DNA of 64,000 nucleotides, taken from assembly GCA_047495785.1 (NCBI GenBank), contig JBLDXI010000042.1, positions 3,100,001 through 3,164,000 of the forward strand, read 5' to 3'. Source of the DNA: Lepidodermella squamata (taxonomy: Eukaryota; Animalia; Gastrotricha). This document shows positions 32,489 through 46,509 of this stretch, piece by piece. Each line of letters opens with the position of its first letter. Within the stretch, counting starts at the first letter, position 1. A program made the translations under genes and the position numbers. Under the pieces are notes generated by a model, which had not been told where the DNA came from, made no database searches, and saw only the letters and a program-made list of their open reading frames with translations.

Positions 32489-35400
32489 TTAGTCGAGTAA
32501 AATGTAATTTTCATCAGCGATCGATCGTTGCTTTCTGGAAAAGCCGGTAGTCACTTTTTGAATCCAATCCATAAAATGCCAGACGCGCTAAAAGAAGGGT
32601 AAAATGGAATAATTCAAACTGCTCATTCAATTCGGCTATGGTGAGAAGTTAAAAGGAGGCTTGGCGCCATGAAAATAGATATGAAAATAGAAAAATCTTA
32701 CCGTGTAAACACCAGGTGCATTTTTGCCGCCGCATAATTTGCCAAACGAAACAATGCCGTGAAGTTCCCACCGGCCGTTGACGTAGCAGTGCAACGGCCC
32801 GCCCGAGTCACCCTGGCACGCGTCTATGCCGCCCTGCTGGTAGCCAGCACAAAACATGCTCGGCAATACGAGGACCTGGTAATTAGTGTTCATGCCTCTG
32901 CACACGTTGTTGTCGATAATCGGCACTACAGCTTCTTTAAAGATCACGTTCTCGTAGCTTGAATTTTCGGTGTCACCCCAGCCAACAACAATACACCTGT
33001 CGGAAAGGCGGACATCTCGACTAGGCAGGCAGATGGATTCTCCCAAATGAGTTGCTTGGATCTGCAAAATCGATAAAGAATTGATGACAAATCAATACAC
33101 CTTTTTGACTTTGCAATTTCATTATTTTTATTAAAGAAAAACGCGTTTATTTTTTCATGATTATCAGCGTATTCATTTTATTCATTTTCTTACTTTTTTC
33201 TACCCAAGGATTTACTCGATCTTCGAAGGTTCGCTGTATGCGACTACGAAACCCGAATGGGATGAATTATATATCAAATTGAAGCTAGATATATAATCTT
33301 TTCAAATAGTATGCGATCAGATCGACAAAATCATTATTTCTTTCGCAGAAACTAAGGAATACGTAGAATGAACTGCAAAGATGTTTTCCTTGGGTAGTTT
33401 TTATATTTTATAGGTATAAGGCCCCTCCCTCCTCCCCAAAAATGATTAGAACAATCAGGCGAAGGTGATATCTCGAGTAGAAGCGATAGAACCTCAAAAA
33501 ATTTGGCTTTAGTAGCATTTTGGGCAATAGCTTACGCGGGTGCTGAGGTAGTTTTCACAAATATTGCTTTGGTTTCATCATGAAATGATGAAATTAGCGA
33601 AGACTAAGTAATAGAATAGTTCCTTAGTAGTTATTTGTTGAAAAATAAACATCATTGTAGGTAAAATCAGAAGAAACTTTCCGATCAACCAGTCGGCTAA
33701 AACGTTGAATACCTTCAAGAACAAAATGGCATCCAGTATTCTAATTTCACAGCTAGATAGATCAGATCTCTAGCTTCAATTTGATATATAATTCATCCCA
33801 TTCGGGTTTCGTATTCGCATACAGCGAACCTTCGAAGATCGAGTAAATCCTTAGGTAGAAAAAAGTAAGAAAATGAATAAAATGAATACGCTGATAATGA
33901 TGAAAAAATAAACGCGTGTTTCTTTAATAAAAAGAATGAAATTGCAAAGTAAAAAAGGTGTATAGAGTAAAAGTCATTTTAAACATTTCAAAATTACCCC
34001 TTCCTCGAGTAAAATGAGTGCGATGTCGTTTTGTTTGCGATTCGGTGGTTTCCCGTAATTCTTATGTATCATGATATGCTTGATTTTCGGTTTCAGCAGC
34101 GGTGATTTGCCGTCGAAAGCGATATTTTCCAACTTTTCATGGCGACCAATGACCGCCTCCCAGCCATGTTTCTGCTTTAAAAGATATTCCTTGACGAAGC
34201 AATGAGCGGCAGTAACGATCCACCCTAATACAAATAAACTCGAGTTTCACGTGGCGAAAAATGTTGTGATTTGATACTTCTGTTGAGAATCGAAGCCCCA
34301 CACAAGTGCTCGCCACGAAATGCCAGGGAGACGGCCCATTTCCAAGCCCCTCTGCCGGCTTCATTGCCTCCAACGATTCGCTGCAAAGGCCCAGAGCGGA
34401 ACCCCATCGCTGGTGGTAGAGCATTCGATCGGCCGCAATTCTGCGACAGCGCGAAGGTCGGACGGCTGATTCTAGAGCCATCATTCGTTTCATTGCGACT
34501 CGCAATGACAGTAAACCCCATGGAGAAACGGTGTTTCATCCCATTCGGGTAGAAATATATATCAAGAGGCCGAAATGTTGTAGCTTTATCTTCATCATCA
34601 AACGGCGGAACTTCGTCACCGCAAGAGTAATGAGTTTTGACGATTTCGCCAGTCTTGGGGGATACTAACTCGATGGTAAGAATAGGCTTCGAGCAGTCGG
34701 TATGACGCGGATCGACGGCAAAGTCGTAGAAGCGGATGCCGATAGCTTGCTGGTACGAACCGGCTGGCAGGCGAGGGTCTAGGCGCCAGTGGCATCTGAC
34801 GACGCCAGGTGCGATATTCTCGGGGCTGCTGATTATGCCGCTGCGAGCGTGGTAGGCTACTCCAGCGCCAGCGCAAGGATTCGGCACCCATTTCGCAGCT
34901 AATTGCTGGCGATTTTCAACGAATATTTGCAACTCTGCAGGCTTTGCTGTCGCCTTCATAACAAAAACATGCATAATTTGGAATATTTTCGAAGGTTAAA
35001 AATTAGCTTGAAAATCGTGATATTTGAAGCAAAGGTCGGCAAGGTGGTTCCTGGTTTTTCGAAATTTTTTGAGAATTTTACTAATTTTACCTGATTTTTG
35101 GCAATTTAAAACATGTTATTCACTTAATGCGTAATTAGTGGGTCATTTCGAACTCATTTGCATATGCATCCATTATGTGCGTATACTCATTTGCATATGC
35201 AACGGCCTTTCCTCTTGAAATGCTGGTCTAATTTTGAAATTTGAACTTCTAAGTGAGAGAGATGATGAACAACATTTCTAGTTTAAAAGTACCTTCGGCT
35301 TTCCAGGCCAGTCACCTTTATGTTCTGGGTCTTCATGTTCGCCCGTGTCATACGTAATTGTCCCATCACTCCTTTCCTCATCCTCATCTTGATTTTCATT

Positions 35401-36897
35401 ATTCATTCCATAATCATCCTCGCCATCTTCGTCCCTAATATCTTCCGTATTATCGTCGTCATCTATCGCAATTTCATCAGGATCAGTCGCAGCCTCATTC
35501 ACGCCAACCGCTTCATTTTCGCGAATTTCAGACACCTCAATCAAATCAGCCCGCTCTGACGGCCGTTCTAAATATTTGTCCGCCTTCACAGCCGTCCACG
35601 TAAATTCAAAGCCGTCGTACGCGTTTTCAGAATCAGTCTCGAATTCGACCAAAAGCTGGTTGGTTGGTACAACTGAAGCATTAGGAGGAAAGGCGCCGCA
35701 AATTGCTGCAACCAGTCTTACAGGCTCAACGAATTTTTCATCGACAGAGAAAAACGACAATCTGTCATGAAGGCAATCTTCGGCATGCACATCGTCCGAC
35801 ATTTCTATGCCAAATTTGTTCATATTGAATTCAATTTTGATGTGCTATAATGAAGGTTAAAAATTTGGAAAATTTGGACAACAAATTAGGTCAATTACCG
35901 TTCCAGTTGGTGTTAGGATTCGCCATCTGCACCGAGCGTTGTTTTGGTAAGGACTGGACGGATAGCCCATAGAACGTATCACCCCAGTTTTGCCGGTTTG
36001 AAATGACTCATCGCCACAATTTCGGGGAAGATCGCTTCTCGTCAGAGGACCAGCGTGGCATGATGACTCATCCTCGCCATTTTTGCAATCTCTAGAGCCA
36101 TCGCACTGAAAATCAATTCAATACATGAATGAAAATCGATCAGCATAATACCTTGAATTCATCTGGTAAGCAACGGGTGCCGAGTACAGGATCAGGGCAG
36201 GCGAAAGAATTATTTCTCGGGCAAATTGCGAACTCATCAATGCCAGACTCATCTCGATCCTTAGCTGATAACCGCTCGAACTCAATACGGAATCCTCGGA
36301 AAGGTTCGGAAATTAGGACTGTTATCGTCACAGAGCTACCAATTGGGACATTGTAGGGTGAGACGAAACCGTCTCCGCAATGGATGCCGAGTAATTTAGT
36401 ATCCTGCCCTTTTTCATGGGACTGGATTTTTACGTAATTTCGCTCGCAAACCAGCTCATTAATGTTGGAAATCTCCTCCGAGATATAATCTCCATTAAAA
36501 TACGGAATGTCAAAATCAACAAATTCCAGTTTAATGAAAGCCTTATCGTCCGGGCTATCGGAACCTAGATCCAATCGCCATGAGCACCTCAAAGGAAGAG
36601 GATTGCCGACTTTAACCGTTAAGTTGGCAAGGAATCCTTCGAATTGGTGGCTGAGAAGCTCGCCGTAAGTTATCGATGATAGATCAACAATGTTGTCACC
36701 AGAACAAATGCCATGGTACGGCTGAATGTCCCGCCGTGCTGTAGCAAACAAAAAGGGCTGATTGATTTTCCAAGGAAAAAAACCTCGGCTTTCGAATTAT
36801 TACCTCGAAAATTGTTGTGAAAACCCGCGTAAATTGCTTCAACAATAGTATAAAAAATTACTAGTAGTACCAGCAGAAGGCCATGTATTCTGCCCAT
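32489..36897 (-). CDS. Secreted modular S1 serine protease: CUB-LDLa-CUB-acidic linker-CUB-trypsin (ovochymase/matriptase-like)
   Basis: Signal peptide and three CUB patterns (C..G.I.S..CRWRI/L). LDLa motif CDGSRDCKNGEDE, activation site R-IVGG, triad motifs TAAHC, NDIAL and GDSGGP, and S1 Asp in DACQ. Confidence 0.9.
33098..33960. mobile_element. Foldback/Tc1-mariner-type MITE with ~200-bp TIRs, in a protease intron
   Basis: 33098-33295 is a near-perfect reverse complement of about 33765-33960; flanked by TA (33096-33097 and 33961-33962). Confidence 0.9.
35041..35209. repeat. Interspersed repeat or DNA-transposon end (copy 1)
   Basis: Similar to 62243-62380; both end in atttgcatatgcaacggcctt. 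Confidence 0.7.
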
Positions 36898-39799
36898 TTT
36901 GTTAATAAGGTGTCTGTCCTAATTAAAAACTGTGACTTTCGAGTTCAATTTGGCGTGGTTCAGTTGCGCCGGGAGGTAGTCGCGTGCTCAATTTTTAATT
37001 AGGTATTTACCTTATTTCGAGACCTTATACGTTTTGCTTGCTAAGACCTGTCACAGCTGGTCACGCATTAGTTTGAAATTTAAATCGCCATTATCGGGTT
37101 ATTGTAAATGAAGCGGCACTGCAAAATCAAAGGTTGTCGGGCAAATGGGGTACTGTTCGAAAGCTGAAGCTAAAAAAGCAGATTGCCAAAAAGCCACGTC
37201 ATTTATTTTTATTTCATTATAATAATAATAATAAATAATAGTTTTATTTATAGCCACTTCAAGACTGTCGTCATTTACCGTTTCCGGTTTTGAAGAGGGC
37301 GAAGGCAGGCAAAGAGTATTCCTTACCCACCCCCACAGTTGAAGATCTTGCTTTTTTCAAAAAAATCGTAGTTTTCATTCGAGTCAAAAATCATGCACCA
37401 TTCATCTTTTTCAAAAGAGACCATTTCAGCCAGCTGAAAATCAAAAATAATTTATATTTATTTTTCTCTATTTTCCTTCGGCCCAATCCCATATTAGCAT
37501 ACTTAGTTGCGATTCCGTTGAAAATCTCGCTCCTTGTGGTCAATTCTTCGCAATCAAATGGCAAAAGGAATAGGTTGAAATACATCGGGAAATATTGTTG
37601 AAACTCGTTTAAAATATGTGTGCCTAACAATCCATGAGGATTCCGATGTCCGTTCGGCCCAGGATACATAAGTAATTTTGAAAAATTATGTTAGCTATTT
37701 TTAGAGGTTTTTGTTTTAAGAGTTTTACGATAGGATAAGAGGCTACCGACCCTATCCCCCGACACTACGTGCTCTTGGCGTGAATTAAATTAATGAACTT
37801 CATATCGATCCCTATCGGCTGGGTGGGCGCTGGGCATGCAGCAGTGATTTTTGCTTTATAATTTGTCCTTCTCATCATCCTCTTCTATTCTGGAGATGTT
37901 AATCAAGATAATGTTTTGGTTTGTCCATAATATTTAATGCGAATTAATGAACCAGCAGTTTCGAAACTAATACCGCATCTGAAGATAATTATTTGCATGT
38001 ACTCGGGGATCCTGTCGAGTTATTTCGTGGAGTCAGAATTTATTCTGTTGCTAGATCGATTTTCATAAGCGCCACTATTTGAATCGGGACATTCTACCGG
38101 TGTGGATCATCCACTACAGTCGGCAAACAATTATATTTGCATGCTTCACTCAAATCACAGGTTATTAAATTTTTTGTTTTAAAAATAAAATCGTTTGCAG
38201 ACCAGGTCTGAGAGAAAATTCTCAGCTAGAATTCCTCATCGCCAAATATGCCACATTATTAGCGTAAATTGCTTAAATTGAGTAAAAAATTTCGGATGAT
38301 CACTCGCGCGCGCAGTTTAATACAGCGATCACGCGCCGATTTCGACCCCAATAATAATATCGCCACCAAAAATTCAAAGTGTGCACTCGAAGTTACGCGA
38401 CAATCGCCATATCGCATCAATATTCCAAATTACGCGCAGAAACATCTCATCTCGCCCTATAACTCAACCAATCTTGTTCGGAATTAATCAACGCAATATA
38501 TTATTATCACATAAATTTCTAGTAATAATAACGTCATTGCGAGACGTATCTTATTCCAAAAATCGGTCGCGTAGAAATAAAAATGCGACCGGAACTTTGA
38601 GAGCAAATAAAAGAACCATATAATATAACATAGTTTCCGTTGTAAATATAGAAAACGTTATTCCTTCTTATGGAATCACTCAATAGCCGTAGTGATTATA
38701 CAGAGTATAGAATTATCAACTGAAAATTTACTTCCTATGAGAATGAACGCGATTCGGAGACAATGAACTTCATTTAATTAATATTTTATTCCCCGTTTAC
38801 TAATTCCAGTTTTAAGGAACTTTGTTCCAGTTTTTTCCGTACCAAAGAAATTGCTTCTGGGATCAGAGAAATCGCCTTTAGCGCATTTATGTTCGTTGCT
38901 ATAAATTATTATTTTATATAATCAAATCCATGATAGTAAAAATTAAGCCGTCGTGAAAACAACAAATATCGATGTTTTATTATGGCAGTTTTTTTCACCA
39001 TCAACGTGGCCTTCTTATCTAAACAATCAGCGAACCGGACTTAATCGCGCGTTGAAAAATGGGATGCGCGCGACGACTACGCCTGGCAAATATTTACCTT
39101 GAAAAATAATGTTCCCTAGCTATAGAACATAAAATCGACAAGGCAATAAAAACGCCGAAAAATAAATATACAATTTTCGATGTATCAGAGAGCTAAACAT
39201 CGCTATGTAGAAATGATTGCAATTAGCATTGTAGTCCATTTATAGGTGCTGATATTTTTACTCTGATATAGCTCTATGCTTTAACCGCCAATCGTTTCAG
39301 GAATACCGAATCGGTATACTACTACGACAGCTTATTATCATCATCAAACACGTGGCCATCGCACCACCTTTTTATAAGATATCCCGTTAAATTACTAATG
39401 CGCAATATCGCGCGTGAATATTGCCCTTTCTCGCGCTATAACAATAAAAACAATAGAAAGCTACGACGAAAAAACAATACTACAAGCCCTATTGCGCGAT
39501 GTAATGAAGTCAGAAATCGATTGCCTCGTTAATAGATTGAATACTACAAAAGCCTCTTACTAGGTTCATTACTTTTTAATCGGGCAAACCTTGGCAGAAA
39601 TGGCGAGTTTGGCGCCAGCTTTGTATAGTAATTTTGACGATTTGCTCAAGTACGCTCACACCTTTTGGCAACAGCGTCGACAAAAATCACAAAATTATAC
39701 ACATTTCCTATCCGGCCTAATTAGTTTGTCTTTATTAGTTCTTCAGGCTGTCATGAGATTTTTTACGAAAATAATTGTCACATCGAATTGTTGATTTTC

Positions 39800-42700
39800 A
39801 TGGGGCCACCAAGCTGGCAGGTATGGTTGGCAGCCGGTGTTATTCTGGTGCTAGCCTTCGATGATTTTGGACCATTGCCATGTCTCGCTTTCGGCCGAAC
39901 GTATCGAGGCACCGGGCGTACGACAAACATATCGTTACCTGGTGTTCAAAATTCGACGATTCGCCAGATTATGAGCAATACTTCAGATCTGCTGGAAACT
40001 GTTTTCTCATCGTATGACCGGCTTTGCAGGCCTAGCCTCGATCGCCCGCTATCTGTGACGATAAGTCTCTACGTTTACAGTATTGGTCCGATTTCGGAGA
40101 AAGAAATGGTAAGTTAGAGATTAAATAATGGAAAATCCAAGTATCGTCCTAATCCCTGGATATCCCTCCCAAATTGCTCTTGAAAAAATCAAAATTCGTA
40201 GTTTTATATCGATTTTCATCACATCAAATTTTTCATTTTAATTCTTTGAATACTACTGGCCTGTCATCGATTAAAAACAGAAGCTATTTTGATTGAAATT
40301 AAAAAATTAAAAATCGGGGTCTTACTTTGAGCAGAAGTTTGATTTTTCGTAATAAAAAATGCTTAGCATGTGAACCGAATTTTAAAATAATTTTACTCTT
40401 AATAATTTCTTTGGCTTTTAGCAATTTCTGGGACTTATAGGAATACAAAACCCAAAATGAGGATAAAACTAAATTCATTTTTTTGGCCTTTGCCTTTTTC
40501 CACAATTTTTTTCTGCCATTTCGAGGTAACCGAAAAAATTCCGCATAAATTTTTGTCAAATTCCTCATCATCACCTTGAGAACGTGGCGTAATGATAAAT
40601 TCGAAAGTTGTCACTTAGCCTCGCCATAGTTCACTTCCCCTATCTTTCGCGAAAATAGCCCGCAAACGCAAAAGCAAGTTCGGAAAAGTTCGGGGGGAAT
40701 CTTCAAGCGGCTTCCAGTCCCCTTTACAGTAATCTAAAAGTATTGTTTTCGAACTTAGGTTTATACCATCGACTGCTACTTCCGGCAATACTGGCAAGAC
40801 GAGCGATTAGCTTTCACCGCAACTTTGGAACAACTTTCCCTATCAGCCGGTATCGTCAACTCAATTTGGCGGCCGGATACTTACTTCTGGAACTCGAAAT
40901 ATGCGATGCTTCACAAAATTACGATTCCAAACAGATTTTTGCGAATCAAACAGGATGGCACGATATCTTACTCGCAAAGACTGACCATCATGGCAGGCTG
41001 CTCAATGTACCTACGCAACTATCCCCTCGATGTTCAAAGGTGTAAACTCACCGTTGGAAGCTGTAAGATTAAAGAAAATTTTCTAAAAAATTAGTCAATG
41101 TTTTATTTTCAGTCGCGTATCCAGCGTACGACATTCAGTACGGTTGGGTAGGAGTCAGCCGTGCTCCTAACATTCAGCTTTCACAGTTTGACGTAACCAG
41201 CCTAGTGCTGCACAATACAACAGTCCCACGTCATTTAGGTATGGAATTTTTCCCAAGAATCGAGAAATTTTTCGCCACGGCATTTTTGAGCATTATTTAT
41301 CAATTATTTAATCCCAAAATAATTGGCGTATCTGATTGAAGGAACTGGATTTTTCGATGGGTCGAATGGTAGGTACCTACAGCACTTGTGAATCGAGTTT
41401 GAACTGCTATTTTAGCAAATATCGCCGCGCAGAAGCCAGCATAACTAATAAATATATTATAGGCGCAAAGCTTGTTTTCTTATTTATATGTTCAGCATTT
41501 CATTTTGGCATATCAATATGCCAATCTTGTAACTCTCGAGTTTCATTTTCTTTAATCATTGATTTGAAAGCTATAACATGTTTCCGCGTCACCGCTTAAT
41601 TTCGCTGTGATACTTCTTTACAATAACTAATGACTAATACAATAACATTTGTGAAAATCCCTTTTTACAGAAAGACTCGGTATGATCAAGGATTGAAGTG
41701 TGAACGTTTTTGTTTTTTATAGTATAGCTTCAATTCTTGCCAATTTTCCTTTGTTTAGGCCGATTGACGATTTACCCTAGGACTAAGACTCGATTAGCGA
41801 ATTAGACTTACTGACCAAACTATATTTTTTGCTTATTTTTTCTTCTTTCTCGTTAACCTCAGCGCGTGATAAAAAAAACTTGGCTCTGTTCTAGCATAGA
41901 AATTATTTCAACACCTTTTCTAATGTTTACTTTAACACCTTTCCTTTGTATTTTTTGCTCAGAGGATTACTCCATAGCTGAGGTCGAGTTTATTCTCACT
42001 AGGCGCATCGGATGGTTTTTGATCAGTGAGTTTTTTGCCTCACCTTTATTTTTGAAAAATCTCACATGACGGCCCAATATTTTCGCAGATATTTACATCC
42101 CATGTGCACTGCTAGTCGTAATATCCTGGGTACAGTTTTGGATAAATCGCGAAGCGGCAGCCGATCGCATCAGCTTATCGATCATGACTATTTTGACAAT
42201 GACGTGAGTTTGATAATATTAGCTTTTTATCCGACGCTCTCACACGCTGCATGCTCGTCTATTTCGAAAGGTTCATCGTGTTTGAAATGAACGAAGATTT
42301 GCCAGATGTCGATTATCGAACTGCCCTTGATATCTACGTGTATGGATGCTATGCTTTTCTCTTAATATCCGCGATCGAATTCGCGATTGTTCATCGATAC
42401 ACGAAAGGTCCGGTATTTGACGAGCATGACCTCGAAATGCTGAGAAGGCGGCTTTATGAGCGCGAAATGCAATTGGAAGCTGAAAGGGTAGGTCTTTTCA
42501 GCTATATTTCTTGTGTGGTTAAACAATTCCTTAAAACAGGACCGCCAAGAAGAGGAAGAATTTATTGCAGCAATGAACAGTCGAGGGGCGATTGAAATGA
42601 GCGAGATGGGCTCTTTGCCTAGACAACGAAAGGGTAAATCAGCTCAAAGTCCACCGGGGAAGAAACGGGCAAGTTTTGGAGCTCAAGGTCTTGGATATCG

Positions 42701-42908
42701 CAAATCTTCGACGTCTTCCGAATCAAAACCTCCACTGTCGTATTACCTTGACGAGTTTTTCACCGCTCATTCCGTGTCAAGCCTCGACTCGTTGTCACGC
42801 TTCGTCCTGCCGCTACTTTTCGTCGCTTTCAATCTGACTTACTTCAAATATTACCTGGACGTGCGAGAAGAGCAAAAGCAGCAAAACGTTGGAATTAACA
42901 AGTTTTAA
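39800..42908 (+). CDS. Cys-loop ligand-gated ion channel, GABA-A/GRD-like subunit
   Basis: Seven exons. Motifs [28 protein letters not shown], Cys-loop [16 protein letters not shown]1 IYIPC..SWVQFWI, M2 [16 protein letters not shown]3 TALDIY and M4 [10 protein letters not shown]. Confidence 0.92.
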
Positions 42909-42974
42909 ATCACTGAAAAGCGCGAGTGATAAGAATTGCGAGAAATAATTTACTGAAATAAACGCCATGGCAGG

Positions 42975-43960
42975 TCAGCCTAGCAAATGGCTAGAGTATA
43001 AATTTGTTTGCAACATAATTTTAATGAATTCCGTCTCATTTACTGCACCATCGCCATCTCTATCAGCCAAGGTCAACATTTCCTGGCAGGTTTTGGTCGA
43101 AAGATCGAATCCAATCGATCGAGATAATGCCGTCAAACTTTCCGCAGTAATCTCGCCTGTTCCATCTGTTAATAACAATAATGATTATTTGAATCTGAAA
43201 AAACTAATATCTTACTGATGTCAAAATACTTGAAGGCCATTGATAACTCGTCCATGTAATCGTAAGATTCTCCTTGACGAGAAATTATGACTTCAAGAAA
43301 CTGATTTACGCTGAGACCCTTGAAATAGGTAATTCTGTGTTCATGAACAACGTCGGAAGTTGCAGTAGCCGGCGGAGCGAGCTCCAACACCTGTGGGATC
43401 TCTACTGTGCCATCAAGGCCGTTATCGGCATTAGGCTCTGCTGTTGGCTCTTTAACTGCGTGATCATGATAAGACGCTTTAGCCGCACGGTGAAACACAC
43501 GCTTAGCTTGTTCTTGAGAGCATGATAGTCCAATTGATCTCATTGCTTTGATGAACTCATCTTCCGTCAAATATCTGGGAACAATTAGGCTTTGTAAATA
43601 TTTCCGCGCAAAAAATGAAACTAACCCATCCTTATTATAGTCAAAAAGATCAAAAACAAAATGAAGATCTCGAATTTCCTGAGCAGTGAGCTTTTTCGAT
43701 ACGTTATTTGTTACTTGGATTCCATCAATATCTTTATCGCTCATCGGATTTTCAGCCAATATGCCCACTAACTGAAAATTAACTCAATTGAAAATTTTCA
43801 AATGTATCAACAGAAACGTGTCGGTAATTACCGTCTCGAATGGCAGTGGGGGAGGAGGTATAATCTCAGGAATTATTGGGTCCAGCAGCAGCGCTGACTT
43901 GGGAGTTTCTTTCTTTGAGCTCTTCTTCCTCTTTCCGCTCTTTTTCCTTTTCAGTGGCAT
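42975..43960 (-). CDS. Centrin-like EF-hand protein with basic N-terminus and internal insertion
   Basis: Four exons. EF-hand motifs FDLFDYNKDGYL, FDINGTGEI and ADRDGDGAVNETEF; centrin-like end IMLQTNLY. Confidence 0.8.
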
Positions 43961-44545
43961 TTCCGGCTCGAAAAATGTGTTACTTCTGACTCTAATAAGG
44001 ACTTAGACACCTGCCAAATGTTGACGTAACGTCGTAATTGCGATGTGAACCGAGGGACAGAGAAAGTGGATGGCCTGCATGGCAACGTTTACGATTTGAT
44101 AAAAATCGATTTATTAATCACTAATGATAAACTTTATTTAAGATAATTTGAATATTTCGCTGCGAAATGTTTGTGATAAACAAATTAGGATGTGTTTTCG
44201 GTGCCAAAAATCTCGTTTTCAAACAAAGAGTTGAGGTTATCCAGTGCGTACATTGTTTAAGGATGCTGTGGCACTGCGTCGATGCACTTTCCTTGGATCC
44301 AGCCTCCTATCTCCAACTGTTTACGCTTATTCATCGTTACAACGTAATGCAAAACTCTGGCTCGACCCACCCACGTGGTAGCGTGCTCTTCGTTTGTACT
44401 CTTCTCCCCAGCTCTTTGCAATCTCAAATCCTGTTTCATCTCTGTATATATTCAGTTTCGAACTCAGAACTAAACATATTGCATGATTACCAAGTGTCTT
44501 TCCGTTTTAATTAGATAGATAGTTGTTCAGACTTCAGAGGATTAA

Positions 44546-45317
44546 ATGGCTGAAGCTCTTCAATCGAGTCAAACGAGTGATACTCTAAACGAATCATGGG
44601 TCCAGCTGCAATGCGCCGAAGCAGATGTAGATGACGACAGCATCGTGGTAAAATCTGCTGATGGCAGCGATGATGCCGAGCCTCAAACAGTTCTAACATC
44701 CGGTTCCTCGAATCTTGATCAGCAGCTACTAAGAAAAGCCCAAAAAGATAACAATTCTTCCAAGAGTACCAGCTCAACCAGCAGCGTTAAAACCATATCC
44801 GCCAGTCATTCCGGAAAAGCCAGTCCCGAAGCTCATACTCCGAAGTGGGAGGAAGATCTCCCTATCTGCAACGTGTTGGAAAATAGTGAACGAGTATGGG
44901 ATTGGGCTAGTCGACCGGAACTTGTGCCTCCTCCTGGCTTTGAGGCTAAGATGTATTATCCAGGTAAGCATTCAAGTTCCGCGTTTAGGAGACAATTTTT
45001 GACCCTATCTTTCAGGTGGTAAGAGACCTGGAACCTATTATAATCGATATGGTCAAAAGGCGAGCTTGTTTTCTTGGGACAATCTCCCCCAATTGTTGGT
45101 CAGTCATGCAACTGCTTTCTTAATTGGCGCTGCTGCGGCATTTGCATTCAGTCGACTAAGATCTGCTGCGAGTTACGGTTCCGTCATGATTGCTGCTTCA
45201 GATGCAGCCACTCTAGGGGCGCAAACTTCTCAATCTTTGCAGCAGCCACTGCAACTGAGTGCCCCCATCGACCCACCCACTCGCTCAGGCTTCTTCATTT
45301 GGGATCGGATTTTTTAA
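44546..45317 (+). CDS. BNIP3: BNIP3/BNIP3L-like mitophagy receptor
   Basis: Exons 44546-44963 and 45017-45317. LIR LNESWVQL, WDWASRPE..PP and a TM segment containing SH (LLVSHATAFLIG). Confidence 0.85.
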
Positions 45318-46509
45318 AACTATTTTTATGAGCATTTGAACTAACTAAAGTAATATTAAATATGGCCAAGTGTCACATACTATCTATATGCTCCAGTAAA
45401 ATGATGAGAAAAGATAATAGCAAGGGCAATTAATTAACGACTCTCATGGGTCAATGTGATTTCAAGTCGCAAAAATCACCAGTAAGCGCCTTTTTATCGC
45501 GTGGAAGTACGTGTATCATCCAAGTGTTAGTGCGGTCGATATTTTGTTTGACGTGTTGCTGTAAACATCACCTCTTTTATTTATTTGTGGACTCATATTA
45601 CTTGTTACGACAGAACATTACATTTCTAACATACACGACCACGATTCGTCCATCTGCTTTTCTTGTCGTTTCATAAAGACCATTTGTTAGCGTAAGAATC
45701 CCGCCCTCCTTGGTTAGAGTTCCTCCACTGGCCACCGGGTGGTCATTAAAGAAAGACATTGAAAATGTGCTTAGCCGCAGTTTAGACAGTGGCAAGTTTG
45801 CTGTACATTCGGTGACTTGAGTTTTTCATTCTGTCTCACTCTCAATTGTTCATCATCATCTCAAAATCATTTTGTGTGGAAAATCAAGTCGATTTTTAAT
45901 AACGGTAACACACCTTGCAGCGATGATAAATTTTGTGCAAATTTTTTATATATCTATGATTGCAAAGCGTAGCGAAAATTTGTTGAAGGTGCCCGCTTTC
46001 AAAGCGGCCGATGAATTCTTGCTATTAACACAGGTTAGCGAAGGTTTAGCCGTTAACAATCCAGACACGTGAGCGTTTCTTTCCATTTTCTACTTCATGC
46101 GATTTTTTTCATCAATCGCTTCACCTGTGCAGTCATATTATTACTAAATAGAAAAATATAAGATTACAACAAGTGCTATATTACTATTTTGTGTTGATTT
46201 TACGCGCCTCACTTGTGTGGTAGATGAATTTATTATATATTTAGCTTGCATGCTCTTGTCCTTTTCTGTCTTTTCTGGATACATACTGTATATATTTACT
46301 CACTCACTAAACATTTAGCATAGAATTTTTATCTTTATTTGTTTTCGAGCGACAAAAAATAAGGTACACAGGGATGTGCAGAAATTCATATTGTCTCATG
46401 CAGAAGTTTTCACATTTCATCTTAAAAAAATACAATTACATGTGTCTTTTTGGCGAGCGTTGTAAAATAAAATTTCTGCATAATTTTACGTGTGGTTTGT
46501 TGTTTTTAG

